From the NCBI RefSeq assembly GCF_038087665.1, contig NZ_CP149925.1, positions 1,395,236 through 1,427,235 on the forward strand: a DNA stretch of 32,000 bases, written 5' to 3'. Position numbers and translations under genes: made by a program. The notes under the pieces were generated by a model that was given only the letters and a program-made list of their open reading frames with translations, searched no databases and was not told where the DNA came from. This DNA comes from Gallaecimonas sp. GXIMD4217 (lineage in GTDB: Bacteria; Pseudomonadota; Gammaproteobacteria; Enterobacterales; Gallaecimonadaceae). Position 1 is the first letter of the stretch. Every line of letters starts with the position of its first letter. Below, one piece after another: positions 25,565 through 32,000 of this stretch.

Positions 25565-25867
25565 CTAGCCGGTCTCGTATTCGGCGATGATGGTGGTGGC
25601 CGCCACCGACGGGGCAAAGTGCCTGGCCTTGGCGGCCAGGTAGCCGGGATCGGCGAAGAAGTCATCCTTCGCCTGGCGGCTCGGGAAGCGGATGGTGAAC
25701 ACCCTGTTGATGGCGGCGGTGGTTTCCGTCTTGAGCACCTCGGCCACCTTGAAGTCGTAGCCAAAGCTGCCGCCACAGCCTACCAGCAGGGGTGTCATTG
25801 CGTCGCGGTAGGCCTGGTATTGGCCATCGTCCCTGACATCCAGGGCCACCAGGATCTCGTGGGCCAT
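25565..25867 (-). CDS. DUF1330 domain-containing protein
   Basis: The 100-aa protein MAHEILVALDVRDDGQYQAYRDAMTPLL...RVFTIRFPSRQAKDDFFADPGYLAAKARHF... matches my memory of DUF1330 (dimeric alpha+beta barrel) proteins. Confidence 0.82.
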   Translation of the reverse strand: MAHEILVALDVRDDGQYQAYRDAMTPLLVGCGGSFGYDFKVAEVLKTETTAAINRVFTIRFPSRQAKDDFFADPGYLAAKARHFAPSVAATTIIAEYETG

Positions 25868-25971
25868 GTCGATTCCTTCGGTTGTGGTAACGCCTTACCT
25901 TACCCCTGGAAGAGTCCGCCGTCTCGGCGGCTCATGGCCGAAAAGGGGCGCCTGGTCGCCCGGCTAAGCCA

Positions 25972-27999
25972 TCAGGGCAGGTTGCGGTTCAGCTCGTCCA
26001 GCCAGGCCGCCGCGCTGGCATCGCTGGGTGCCCGCCAGTCGCCCCTTGGCGACAGCGACAACGTGCCCACCTTGGGGGCGTTGGCCAGGGCCGAGCGCTT
26101 GAACTGGCTGTGCTGGAAGAAGCGTTCCAGCAGCAGCGCCAGCCAGGCCTTGATGGTGGCCAGATCATACTGGTGCCGCTCATCCTCGGGGATGTCCGGG
26201 GGCCAGTCGCCCCTGGTGGCATCGCCCCAGGCCTGCCAGGCCAGGTAGGCCACCTTGGAGGGCCTGAAGCCGTAGCGGCAAAGATAGAAGAGGTGGAAAT
26301 CCTGGAGTTCATAGGGGCCGATCAGCTTCTCGGCCTGTTGCTGGCCCTGGATGAGCTCCGGCGAACAGGGGGTGTCCAGCACCGCCTGCAGGGCCCTGGC
26401 CGTGTCCTTATCGAAACCACCGCTCTTGATGGCCCAGCGGATCAGGTGGCGAATGAGGGTCTTGGGCACGGCGGCGTTGAGGTGGTAATGGGCCATGTGA
26501 TCGCCCACCCCGTAGGTGCTGTAGCCCAGGGCCAGCTCGGAGAGATCGCTGGTGCCGAGCACCAGGGCCCGGTGGAAGTTGGCGGCGCGAAACAAAAAGG
26601 CGCTGCGCTCGCCGGCCTGGACGTTCTCGTAGGTGCTGTCGTATTGCGCCTGGCCGCGCCCGGCCGGGTGATCCAGGGCCTGGAGCATGGCCCTGGCGGC
26701 GGGGCAGATGTCGTGTTCGTGCGCCGTCACCCCGAAGCCCTTCATCAGCGCCCTGGCATTGGCCAGGGTCCGCTTGCTGGTGCCGAAGCCGGGCAGGGTG
26801 TAGGCCAGCAGGTGGCTGCGCGGCAGCCGCAACCTGTCCAGGGCCTTGGTGCCGACCAGCAGCGCCTGGGTGGAATCGAGGCCGCCGGAGAGCCCCAGCA
26901 CCAGCTTGTGGATGCCGCTGGCCTGCATCCGCTGCACCAGGCCCTGGACCTGGATCTGGTAGGCCTCGCGGCAGCGCTCGTCGAGGCTGGCCTGATCGGC
27001 GGGTACGAAGGGAAAGCGTGCCAGCTTACGCGCCAGGGCCACCCTGGCCCGGGGCGGCTCGAAGCGGAAATGGACGCGGCGAAGGGCCTGGAGCCTGTCC
27101 CCCTGGGCCAGGGCGCAGTCGTTGAAGCTGGTGGTGAGGCTGCGATCGGCGCTCAGCCGCTCCAGGTCGATATCGGCGGTGATCAGCTGGTCATCGCCCA
27201 GGAAACGTTGGCTTTCTGCCAGCAACTCCCCGTTCTCGTAGACCAGGGCATGGCCGTCCCAGGCCAGATCGGTGCTGGACTCGCCATGACCGGCCGCGGC
27301 GTAGAGGTAGGCGGCCAGGCACTTGGCGGACTGGCCGGCGCAGAGCCGGCGGCGATAGTCGGCCTTGCCGATGGTGATGTTGCTGGCGGAGAGGTTGGCC
27401 AGCAGGGTGGCCCCGGCCAGGGCGGCCGTGGTGCTGGGGGGCAGGGGGACCCAGAGATCCTCGCAGATCTCCACGAACAGGCGCAATTCGGGGAGGTTGC
27501 TTGCTTCAAAGAGCAGATCGCTGCCGAAGGGCGCCACGGTGCCGGCCAGGGCGATGTCGCCCCGGGGAGCCAGGGCCGCCGGGCAGAACTGGCGCTTTTC
27601 GTAGAACTCCCGGTAGTTGGGCAGGTAGCTCTTGGGGACCACCCCCAGGATACGGCCCCGGTAGATCACCAGGGCGCAGTTGAACAGCCGGCCCTGGTGC
27701 CTGAGCGGGGCACCGATTATGAGCAGCAGCCCCAGGGGCTGGCTGCCGGCAACGACGGTGGTGACGGCCTCCTGGACCGCCTCGAGCAGGGCATCCTGGA
27801 AGAAGAGATCGTCGTTGCTGTAGCCGGACAGGCCCAGCTCCGGAAAGAGCGCCAGGCCCGCCTGCCGCGCGGCCGCCTGCTTTGCCAGGGCCAGGGTCGC
27901 TTCGGCATTGGCCTTGGGATCGGCCAAGGCCACCCTGGGTACGCAGCAGGCGACCCGGAACAGGCCATGGCGGTAGAGGGAATCGAAGGGCAGGACCAA
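25972..27999 (-). CDS. nadE: Glutamine-dependent NAD(+) synthase (large NadE: CN-hydrolase domain plus synthetase domain)
   Basis: Colinear with M. tuberculosis NadE as I recall it. The glutaminase triad contexts are [23 protein letters not shown] and VEICEDLW. The PP-loop is GLSGGLDST and the C-terminus is [10 protein letters not shown]. The only in-frame start that keeps the conserved N-terminus is a TTG at 27999, preceded by GGGAGAG. Confidence 0.93.
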   Translation of the reverse strand: MVLPFDSLYRHGLFRVACCVPRVALADPKANAEATLALAKQAAARQAGLALFPELGLSGYSNDDLFFQDALLEAVQEAVTTVVAGSQPLGLLLIIGAPLRHQGRLFNCALVIYRGRILGVVPKSYLPNYREFYEKRQFCPAALAPRGDIALAGTVAPFGSDLLFEASNLPELRLFVEICEDLWVPLPPSTTAALAGATLLANLSASNITIGKADYRRRLCAGQSAKCLAAYLYAAAGHGESSTDLAWDGHALVYENGELLAESQRFLGDDQLITADIDLERLSADRSLTTSFNDCALAQGDRLQALRRVHFRFEPPRARVALARKLARFPFVPADQASLDERCREAYQIQVQGLVQRMQASGIHKLVLGLSGGLDSTQALLVGTKALDRLRLPRSHLLAYTLPGFGTSKRTLANARALMKGFGVTAHEHDICPAARAMLQALDHPAGRGQAQYDSTYENVQAGERSAFLFRAANFHRALVLGTSDLSELALGYSTYGVGDHMAHYHLNAAVPKTLIRHLIRWAIKSGGFDKDTARALQAVLDTPCSPELIQGQQQAEKLIGPYELQDFHLFYLCRYGFRPSKVAYLAWQAWGDATRGDWPPDIPEDERHQYDLATIKAWLALLLERFFQHSQFKRSALANAPKVGTLSLSPRGDWRAPSDASAAAWLDELNRNLP

Positions 28000-28061
28000 G
28001 GTGCTCTCCCAAGAGCCATCTCCTGCCGAGTGTAGCCCAGGGGACGGCCGAGATGCCGTCC

Positions 28062-28196
28062 TTATCCTCCCGGGGCAAGGAAGAGGCCCATATGGCCATC
28101 GGTGAAGCTGTGGTTGGCATAGGGCCCGGCGAAGATATGCACCCTGGGACCGGCGCAGCCGGCCAGCAGCAGGCCTAGCAGCAGGGCCAGTCGCAT
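28062..28196 (-). CDS. Small putative lipoprotein, 44 aa, absent from the ORF track
   Basis: [44 protein letters not shown] has a classic lipobox, LLAGC. Its ATG shares one base with the stop of the upstream gene (TGATG at 28198-28194). Third-position GC is high, like neighbouring genes. Confidence 0.45.
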   Translation of the reverse strand: MRLALLLGLLLAGCAGPRVHIFAGPYANHSFTDGHMGLFLAPGG

Positions 28197-28624
28197 CACT
28201 GCCGCCGCTCCTGCCGCTCCTGCCGTTCCTGCTCCATAGCCAGGATCTGGGCCAGCTCTTCCCCGCTCAGCTCACCATAGGGCCTGGGGTAGGGCCAGCC
28301 GTAGCCCCAGCGAAAGGGCGTGGGCCAAAGCGGCGAGCCGCCCACCCGCACCCCGGCCAGCATCAGCAGGGCGATCTGCGGTTCGCCGACCTGCTCCACG
28401 CAGCTCTTCAGGGCCAGATCGGCCTCCAGCCGCTGCCGGTAGCTGCCGCCTTGCCAGTAGGCGCGATCATGGGCGGTGCAGCAGGCCAGCCAGAGCTGTT
28501 GCTGCGCCAGGGTGCCGTCGGGGAAGGCGCTGCAGCCGTCGCTGGTAAAGCGCTTGAGTTTGGCTGCGGCCGGGGCGCTGAACAGCAGGGCCAGCAGCAA
28601 CGCCAGGACGATACGCAGTGTCAT
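28196..28624 (-). CDS. Secreted hypothetical protein with a phospholipase-A2-like CCxxHDxxY motif
   Basis: The ATG at 28624 follows TAAGGAG. The signal peptide is [31 protein letters not shown]...[15 protein letters not shown] resembles the GCG-loop and CCxxHDxCY active site of secreted/group XII PLA2. The C-terminal tail is [12 protein letters not shown]. The rest of track ORF 28196-28909 is a spurious extension across the cupin gene. Confidence 0.6.
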   Translation of the reverse strand: MTLRIVLALLLALLFSAPAAAKLKRFTSDGCSAFPDGTLAQQQLWLACCTAHDRAYWQGGSYRQRLEADLALKSCVEQVGEPQIALLMLAGVRVGGSPLWPTPFRWGYGWPYPRPYGELSGEELAQILAMEQERQERQERRQ

Positions 28625-28643
28625 GGGCTCCTTACTCCAGGCG

Positions 28644-28958
28644 CTAGCGGTAGAACACCGCCAGCCAGATGGTGGTTTGGTCTGGTTCGGTCCAGCTGAC
28701 CCTGTGCCTGCTGTGGGCCGGGATGTCGAGGTGATCGCCCCGTTCCAGTCGCACCCTGCGGCCATCTTCGAATTCCAGCTCGCCGGCCCCCGCCAGCACC
28801 AGCACCCACTCATGCTCGTCCTGGTCGTACCAACCTTCGGCGGGCGAGCTGTGGCCGTGGGAGAGGATCCGCTCGATGCGGATATGGTCCGCCTTGAGGA
28901 GTTCATCAAAGCGCTCTTCGTCCAGTTGCGTTGGCAACGCAGAAAACAGGTTCTTCAC
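28644..28958 (-). CDS. Cupin domain-containing protein
   Basis: 104 aa with ...SHGHSSPAEGWYDQDEHEWVLVLAGAGELEFEDG...L.RGDHLDIPAHSRHRV, the two cupin motifs. The GTG start at 28958 follows AAGGAAG, 16 nt after the FosA-like stop. Confidence 0.85.
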   Translation of the reverse strand: MKNLFSALPTQLDEERFDELLKADHIRIERILSHGHSSPAEGWYDQDEHEWVLVLAGAGELEFEDGRRVRLERGDHLDIPAHSRHRVSWTEPDQTTIWLAVFYR

Positions 28959-28974
28959 CTTGGAGCTTCCTTGT

Positions 28975-29373
28975 TTAAAACCAGCGGAGGCCCGGATAAG
29001 GCGCTTCTTTCAGGGCCGCCAGGCGGCTTTGCAGGCAGCCCAGGTGGATCTCCAGCTTGTGGCCGTCCGGATCCAGTATGTAGAGGGACTCGCCCTCGCT
29101 GCGATTGGGCTGCCAGTGCCGGATCCCGTTCGCCGCCAGGCGTTCGGCCAGGGCTTCGAAATTCCCGGCGTCGACACTGAAGGCGATATGGCTGTAGTCG
29201 TCGCTCGGGCGGCTCTCGCCCAGGCTCAGGCACAGCCAGAGCGGGCCGGCGCTGAGGTAGGCGCCCCCGTGCCAGCGCACCTGGGGCGTCATGCCCAGCA
29301 GCGTCACGTAGAAATCCAGCGACCTGTCCAGCTCCCGGACCTGCAGGGTGAGGTGGTTGAGGCCGGTGACCAT
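28975..29373 (-). CDS. fosA: FosA-like glutathione transferase (fosfomycin-resistance VOC family), 132 aa
   Basis: Colinear with P. aeruginosa FosA (PA1129) over its whole length from memory: GLNHLTL, GAYL, LWLCLS, DYSHIAF, NRSEGES, YILDPDGHKLEIH, SRLAA, APYPG. Metal ligands His7, His62 and Glu108 are present. The ATG shares a base with the SDR stop (TGATG). Confidence 0.85.
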   Translation of the reverse strand: MVTGLNHLTLQVRELDRSLDFYVTLLGMTPQVRWHGGAYLSAGPLWLCLSLGESRPSDDYSHIAFSVDAGNFEALAERLAANGIRHWQPNRSEGESLYILDPDGHKLEIHLGCLQSRLAALKEAPYPGLRWF

Positions 29374-30119
29374 CAGCGGCCCCCGGCCAGGTCGATGAAG
29401 GTGCCGGTGGCGTAGCTGGCCTCGTCGCTCAGCAGCCAGGCGATGGCGGCGGCCACTTCCTCCGGCTCGCCACCCCGCTTCATGGGAATGCGGTCCTTCA
29501 GGCGCTCGACCCGGCCAGGCTCGCCGCCGTCGGCGTGGATGTCGGTATGGATGCAGCCGGGGCGCACGGCATTGACGCGCACGCCCTGGTCCGCCATTTC
29601 CAGCGACAGGCCCCGGGTCAGGGCATCCACGGCGGCCTTGGCGGCGGCGTAGTCCACGTACTCGCCCGGGGCGCCGGTGTAGGACGCCGCCGACGAGACG
29701 TTGACGATGGCGCCGCCCCGGCCGCCCCTGTCCCTGGCCATGCGCCGCACCGCCTCCCGGCAGCAGAGGAACTGGCTGAGGGCGTTGTCGCCGAACATGC
29801 GGCTGATACGCTCGCCACTCATGTCCGCGAGCCGGGTTTGGGGCTGGAGCCGGCCGGCATTGTTGACCAGGGCGGCAAGGGGGCCCAGCTCCCGGTCGAG
29901 GGTGTCGAACAGCCCGATCACCTCGGCCTCCACCGAGACGTCGGCCTGCACGGCGATGACCTTGGTACCCTGGCCGGAGAGTTCTGCCAGCAGGGCCTCG
30001 GCGGCGGCGTGGTTGTGGCGGTAGTTGATGCACAGGGCATAGCCGCGCTTTGCCAGCAGCCGGGCGGTGGCGGCACCTATGCCGCGTGTGCCGCCGGTGA
30101 TCAGGGCTGTCCGGCTCAT
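29373..30119 (-). CDS. SDR family oxidoreductase, YgfF-like
   Basis: TGGTRGIG cofactor motif, NNAG, and catalytic YAAAKAAV (YxxxK). Long stretches parallel E. coli YgfF (GGAIVNVSS, PGEYVDYAA, GGEPGRV, AWLLSD.ASY.TG.FIDLAGG). Confidence 0.92.
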   Translation of the reverse strand: MSRTALITGGTRGIGAATARLLAKRGYALCINYRHNHAAAEALLAELSGQGTKVIAVQADVSVEAEVIGLFDTLDRELGPLAALVNNAGRLQPQTRLADMSGERISRMFGDNALSQFLCCREAVRRMARDRGGRGGAIVNVSSAASYTGAPGEYVDYAAAKAAVDALTRGLSLEMADQGVRVNAVRPGCIHTDIHADGGEPGRVERLKDRIPMKRGGEPEEVAAAIAWLLSDEASYATGTFIDLAGGR

Positions 30120-30190
30120 GGCGCCACCGCGCGCAGGGGGCGCAGCGACCAGGAGACGTGGTTCCTGTTGGCGATAAAGAGGCGATACAT
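30116..30190 (-). pseudogene. 24-codon ORF resembling the N-terminus of a glutathione S-transferase family; likely a gene remnant now acting as a coupled upstream ORF
   Basis: MYRLFIANRNHVSWSLRPLRAVAP*. A strong SD (AAGGAG) lies 5 nt upstream, and the stop overlaps the SDR start (ATGA at 30119-30116). The first 18 residues recall the ...IxNKNYSSWSLRPW... start of a bacterial GST family (from memory, not searched). Confidence 0.35.
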
Positions 30191-30231
30191 GCTGACTCCT
30201 TTTCTTGATGGGGCCAAGGCGGCCGCCTTTC

Positions 30232-31488
30232 TTACTGCGGCGCCCTGATCAGCTCGCCGTCCTTCATGACCAGGCTGACCTTCTCCATCAGCGTGATGTT
30301 CTCCAGGGGGTTGCCGGGCACGGCGATGACATCGGCCAGGGCCCCGGCCTTGAGGCTGCCGAGGTCGTCCCGGCCCAGCACCCTGGCCGGGTGCCAGGTG
30401 GCGCTCTGCAGGGCCTCGGCCGGGCTCAGGCCAAAGGTGACCATGCGCGACAGCTGCTTCATGTTGTCGCCATGGGGGTAGACGGCGGCGTCGGTGCCGA
30501 ACAGCATGGGCACCCCGGCCTGGGCGGCGCGGTGGAAGCTGTCGCGCTGCTGCTGGCCGGTGTGCTTTTCCTTGTCGATGCTCTCGGGCAGCATGCCGGC
30601 CTTGATGCCTTCGGCGAGGATGTACTCGGTGTCGTAGATGTCCATGGACAGATAGGTGCCGTTGGCCTTGGCCAGGCGGATGGCCTCGCCGTCCAGGAAG
30701 CTGGCGTGCTCTATGGTGTCGACGCCGGCGCGGATGGCGGCCTTGATGCCGCCGGTGCCGTGGGCATGGGCGGCGACGCTCAGGCCGCGCCGGTGGGCTT
30801 CGGCCACGGCGGCAGCCATTTCCTCCTCGGTGAGCTGCTGCACGCCCACCTTGGTGCCCTTGGACAGCACGCCGCCGGTGGCGCAGAGCTTGATGACGTC
30901 GGCGCCGTACTTGATGTTCTCCCGCACCCTGGCACGAACCGCCCAGGGGCCGTCGGCGGTGCCCTGGCCACTGGCCCTGTATTCGGGGGCCAGCAGGTTG
31001 TTGTCACAATGGCCGCCGGTGATGCCGATGGCGGGGCCCGAGGCGAAGATGCGCGGCCCCGGCACGTCGCCGGCGGCGATGGCGTCGCGCAGGGCGATGT
31101 CGGCATAACCGCCGGCACCCAGGTTGCGTACCGTGGTGATGCCGGCGTCCAGGGTGCGGCGGGCGTTTTTGGCGCCGATCAGCGCCTGGCGCGGCACCGA
31201 CAGGCCCAGCCTACGGTAGCCGTGCAGGTTCTCCGACAGGGTCAGGTGCACGTGCATGTCGATGAGACCGGGCAGCAGGGTATGGCCGCTGAGGTCGAGG
31301 CGCCGGCTGCCTTCGGGCCTTGGCAGCTCGCTGCCCACGGCGCTGATGCGGTTGCCGTCGACGATGAGGGTGGCGGGGCTGACGAGCTCGCCGCTCTCGC
31401 TGTTGAAGTAATGGTCGGCGGTGATGTACCAGCTTTGGGCCAGGGCCGGGGTGGCGGTCAGGCCGAGGGAGAGCAGCAGCGTCTTCAT
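30232..31488 (-). CDS. Secreted amidohydrolase family metallo-hydrolase
   Basis: Signal peptide MKTLLLSLGLTATPALAQ, LPGLIDMHVHL (HxH metal motif), later AAHAHG and GTDA. 418 aa, typical of periplasmic amidohydrolase/Xaa-Pro dipeptidase-like proteins. Confidence 0.9.
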   Translation of the reverse strand: MKTLLLSLGLTATPALAQSWYITADHYFNSESGELVSPATLIVDGNRISAVGSELPRPEGSRRLDLSGHTLLPGLIDMHVHLTLSENLHGYRRLGLSVPRQALIGAKNARRTLDAGITTVRNLGAGGYADIALRDAIAAGDVPGPRIFASGPAIGITGGHCDNNLLAPEYRASGQGTADGPWAVRARVRENIKYGADVIKLCATGGVLSKGTKVGVQQLTEEEMAAAVAEAHRRGLSVAAHAHGTGGIKAAIRAGVDTIEHASFLDGEAIRLAKANGTYLSMDIYDTEYILAEGIKAGMLPESIDKEKHTGQQQRDSFHRAAQAGVPMLFGTDAAVYPHGDNMKQLSRMVTFGLSPAEALQSATWHPARVLGRDDLGSLKAGALADVIAVPGNPLENITLMEKVSLVMKDGELIRAPQ

Positions 31489-31565
31489 GGCGGTCCTTGG
31501 AGAATGCTTTTTCCCAAGAGTGCCACGGAAGTCGTTGGCTTTTAACCGCTTTTTAACGCAGAAGG

Positions 31566-31591
31566 GGGCAGGCGGCCAAGGCCGCCTGCCC
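31566..31591 (-). terminator. Strong hairpin after the upstream partial gene; probable terminator
   Basis: GGGCAGGCGGCC-AA-GGCCGCCTGCCC gives 12-bp arms. The downstream tract on the minus strand (CCTTCTGCGTTAAAAAG) is only modestly U-rich. Confidence 0.55.
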
Positions 31592-31600
31592 GGGTCGGTC

Positions 31601-32000
31601 TCATTGCTCCTTGATGCGCACCATGATGTGGGCGTAGGGGGTGCCCTTCCACATCACGTACACGGGCTCGGACGGATCCGTGGGCAGGCCTTCCAGCAGG
31701 GCCGGATCCGGCACCAGGATCATCAGGTGCGGCCCTTCCTTGATCCAGTCGTTGTCCGGCGTCGGGGCCGTGGCGAAGGGATCGATGTTGCTGACCCCGG
31801 GGGCCTCGCCCTCGCCGGCCAGCATGTAGGAAAAGGCGATGCCGTCCACGCTGAGGGGGCCCTTCTTCATGTAGGCCTCGAACAGCTTGTCCCAGCCGGG
31901 CATGTTGCACATGGGGCCTGAGTTCTTGTCGCCGGGATAGCAAACCCAGCCGTTGCTGCCTTGGCGCAGCACCTTGCCGTCCATGGTCTTGATGGTGGCC
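31601..32000 (-). CDS. Hypothetical protein, C-terminal part; the reading frame stays open to the window edge
   Basis: The frame continues upstream of the first Met at 31984 (...ATIKTMDGKV...) with no stop before position 32000. I recognise no family. Confidence 0.65.
   Translation of the reverse strand, partial: ATIKTMDGKVLRQGSNGWVCYPGDKNSGPMCNMPGWDKLFEAYMKKGPLSVDGIAFSYMLAGEGEAPGVSNIDPFATAPTPDNDWIKEGPHLMILVPDPALLEGLPTDPSEPVYVMWKGTPYAHIMVRIKEQ

Noticed and set aside
25055-25867. DUF1330 plus GNAT, separated by 3 nt, as a TacA/TacT-type GNAT toxin-antitoxin pair
   Set aside because: The GNAT is of the RimJ/RimL (Acetyltransf_3) type, not the TacT/AtaT type. The upstream protein is DUF1330-like rather than an RHH/DUF1778 antitoxin. 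There is no evidence for a TA function.
27506-28120. 204-aa minus-strand ORF overlapping the 5' end of nadE and the nadE-lipoprotein spacer
   Set aside because: It is Pro/Gly/Arg-rich and out of frame with nadE, with no motif or SD. The real small ORF in this spacer is the 44-aa lipoprotein in a different frame.
28196-28909. 237-aa track ORF spanning both the PLA2-like gene and the cupin gene region
   Set aside because: The upstream part overlaps the cupin gene in another frame and is Arg/Pro/Gly/Trp-rich nonsense. The internal ATG at 28624 has an SD and opens with a signal peptide, so the CDS was trimmed.
28975-30033. 352-aa track ORF fusing the FosA-like gene to an out-of-frame read of the SDR gene
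   Set aside because: FosA homology begins exactly at the internal ATG at 29373 (MVTGLNHLTL). Everything upstream is Arg/Gly/Pro-rich sequence overlapping the genuine SDR frame.
30216-30229. AAGGCGGCCGCCTT palindrome after the amidohydrolase stop as a terminator separating it from the SDR module
   Set aside because: It is a loopless 14-nt palindrome with no U-run and is unlikely to terminate efficiently, so read-through from the amidohydrolase gene into the module cannot be excluded. It is recorded only as a member of the recurrent hairpin family.
1-32000. Scan for CRISPR repeats, tRNA/rRNA-like sequence, IS elements, integrases, phage genes or known defence-system components
   Set aside because: I found no regularly spaced direct repeats with spacers, no cloverleaf-like or rRNA-like stretches, and no transposase, integrase or recombinase translation in any listed ORF. 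No such features are claimed.

Overview
GC-rich chromosomal segment (hand counts about 70% GC in typical genes). It looks gammaproteobacterial: several products resemble E. coli RlmJ, YdhR, YbaA, YgfF and MnaT/YncA as I recall them. I call about 35 protein-coding genes and see no rRNA, tRNA, CRISPR array, integrase, transposase or phage gene. Left to right: the end of an RND adaptor gene plus a 1020-aa RND pump; a 1257-aa MASE1-PAS(x4)-GGDEF-EAL c-di-GMP protein; a small membrane protein; a secreted S9 prolyl oligopeptidase; a secreted hypothetical; a YbaK-like deacylase-domain protein; a 995-aa lipoprotein with an M60-like/ImpA-type HEXXH metalloprotease; a class V aminotransferase; rlmJ; a secreted 8-Cys protein; a DUF2157/GDYXXLXY membrane pair; MAPEG and ydhR; a lower-GC membrane protein; DUF1428, a SAM methyltransferase and a VOC protein under a divergent LysR regulator. 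Then comes a run of small modifying enzymes (PAT/MnaT-like GNAT, GrpB, Mut7-C RNase, RimJ-like GNAT, DUF1330), glutamine-dependent NAD+ synthase, and a tightly coupled minus-strand module: a 24-codon GST-like N-terminal remnant ORF, a YgfF-like SDR, a FosA-like protein, a cupin, a secreted PLA2-like protein and an unlisted 44-aa lipoprotein. An amidohydrolase lies upstream of that module. I do not see an unambiguous new system such as a defence island, secretion machine or RiPP cluster. The best candidates for follow-up are the coupled SDR/FosA-like/cupin/PLA2-like/lipoprotein module with its GST scar, the ImpA-like lipoprotein protease, and the uncharacterised DUF2157/GDYXXLXY pair. Many long ORFs in the track are antisense artefacts of high GC. 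All family calls rest on motifs read from the translations and on remembered homologues; no searches were run.
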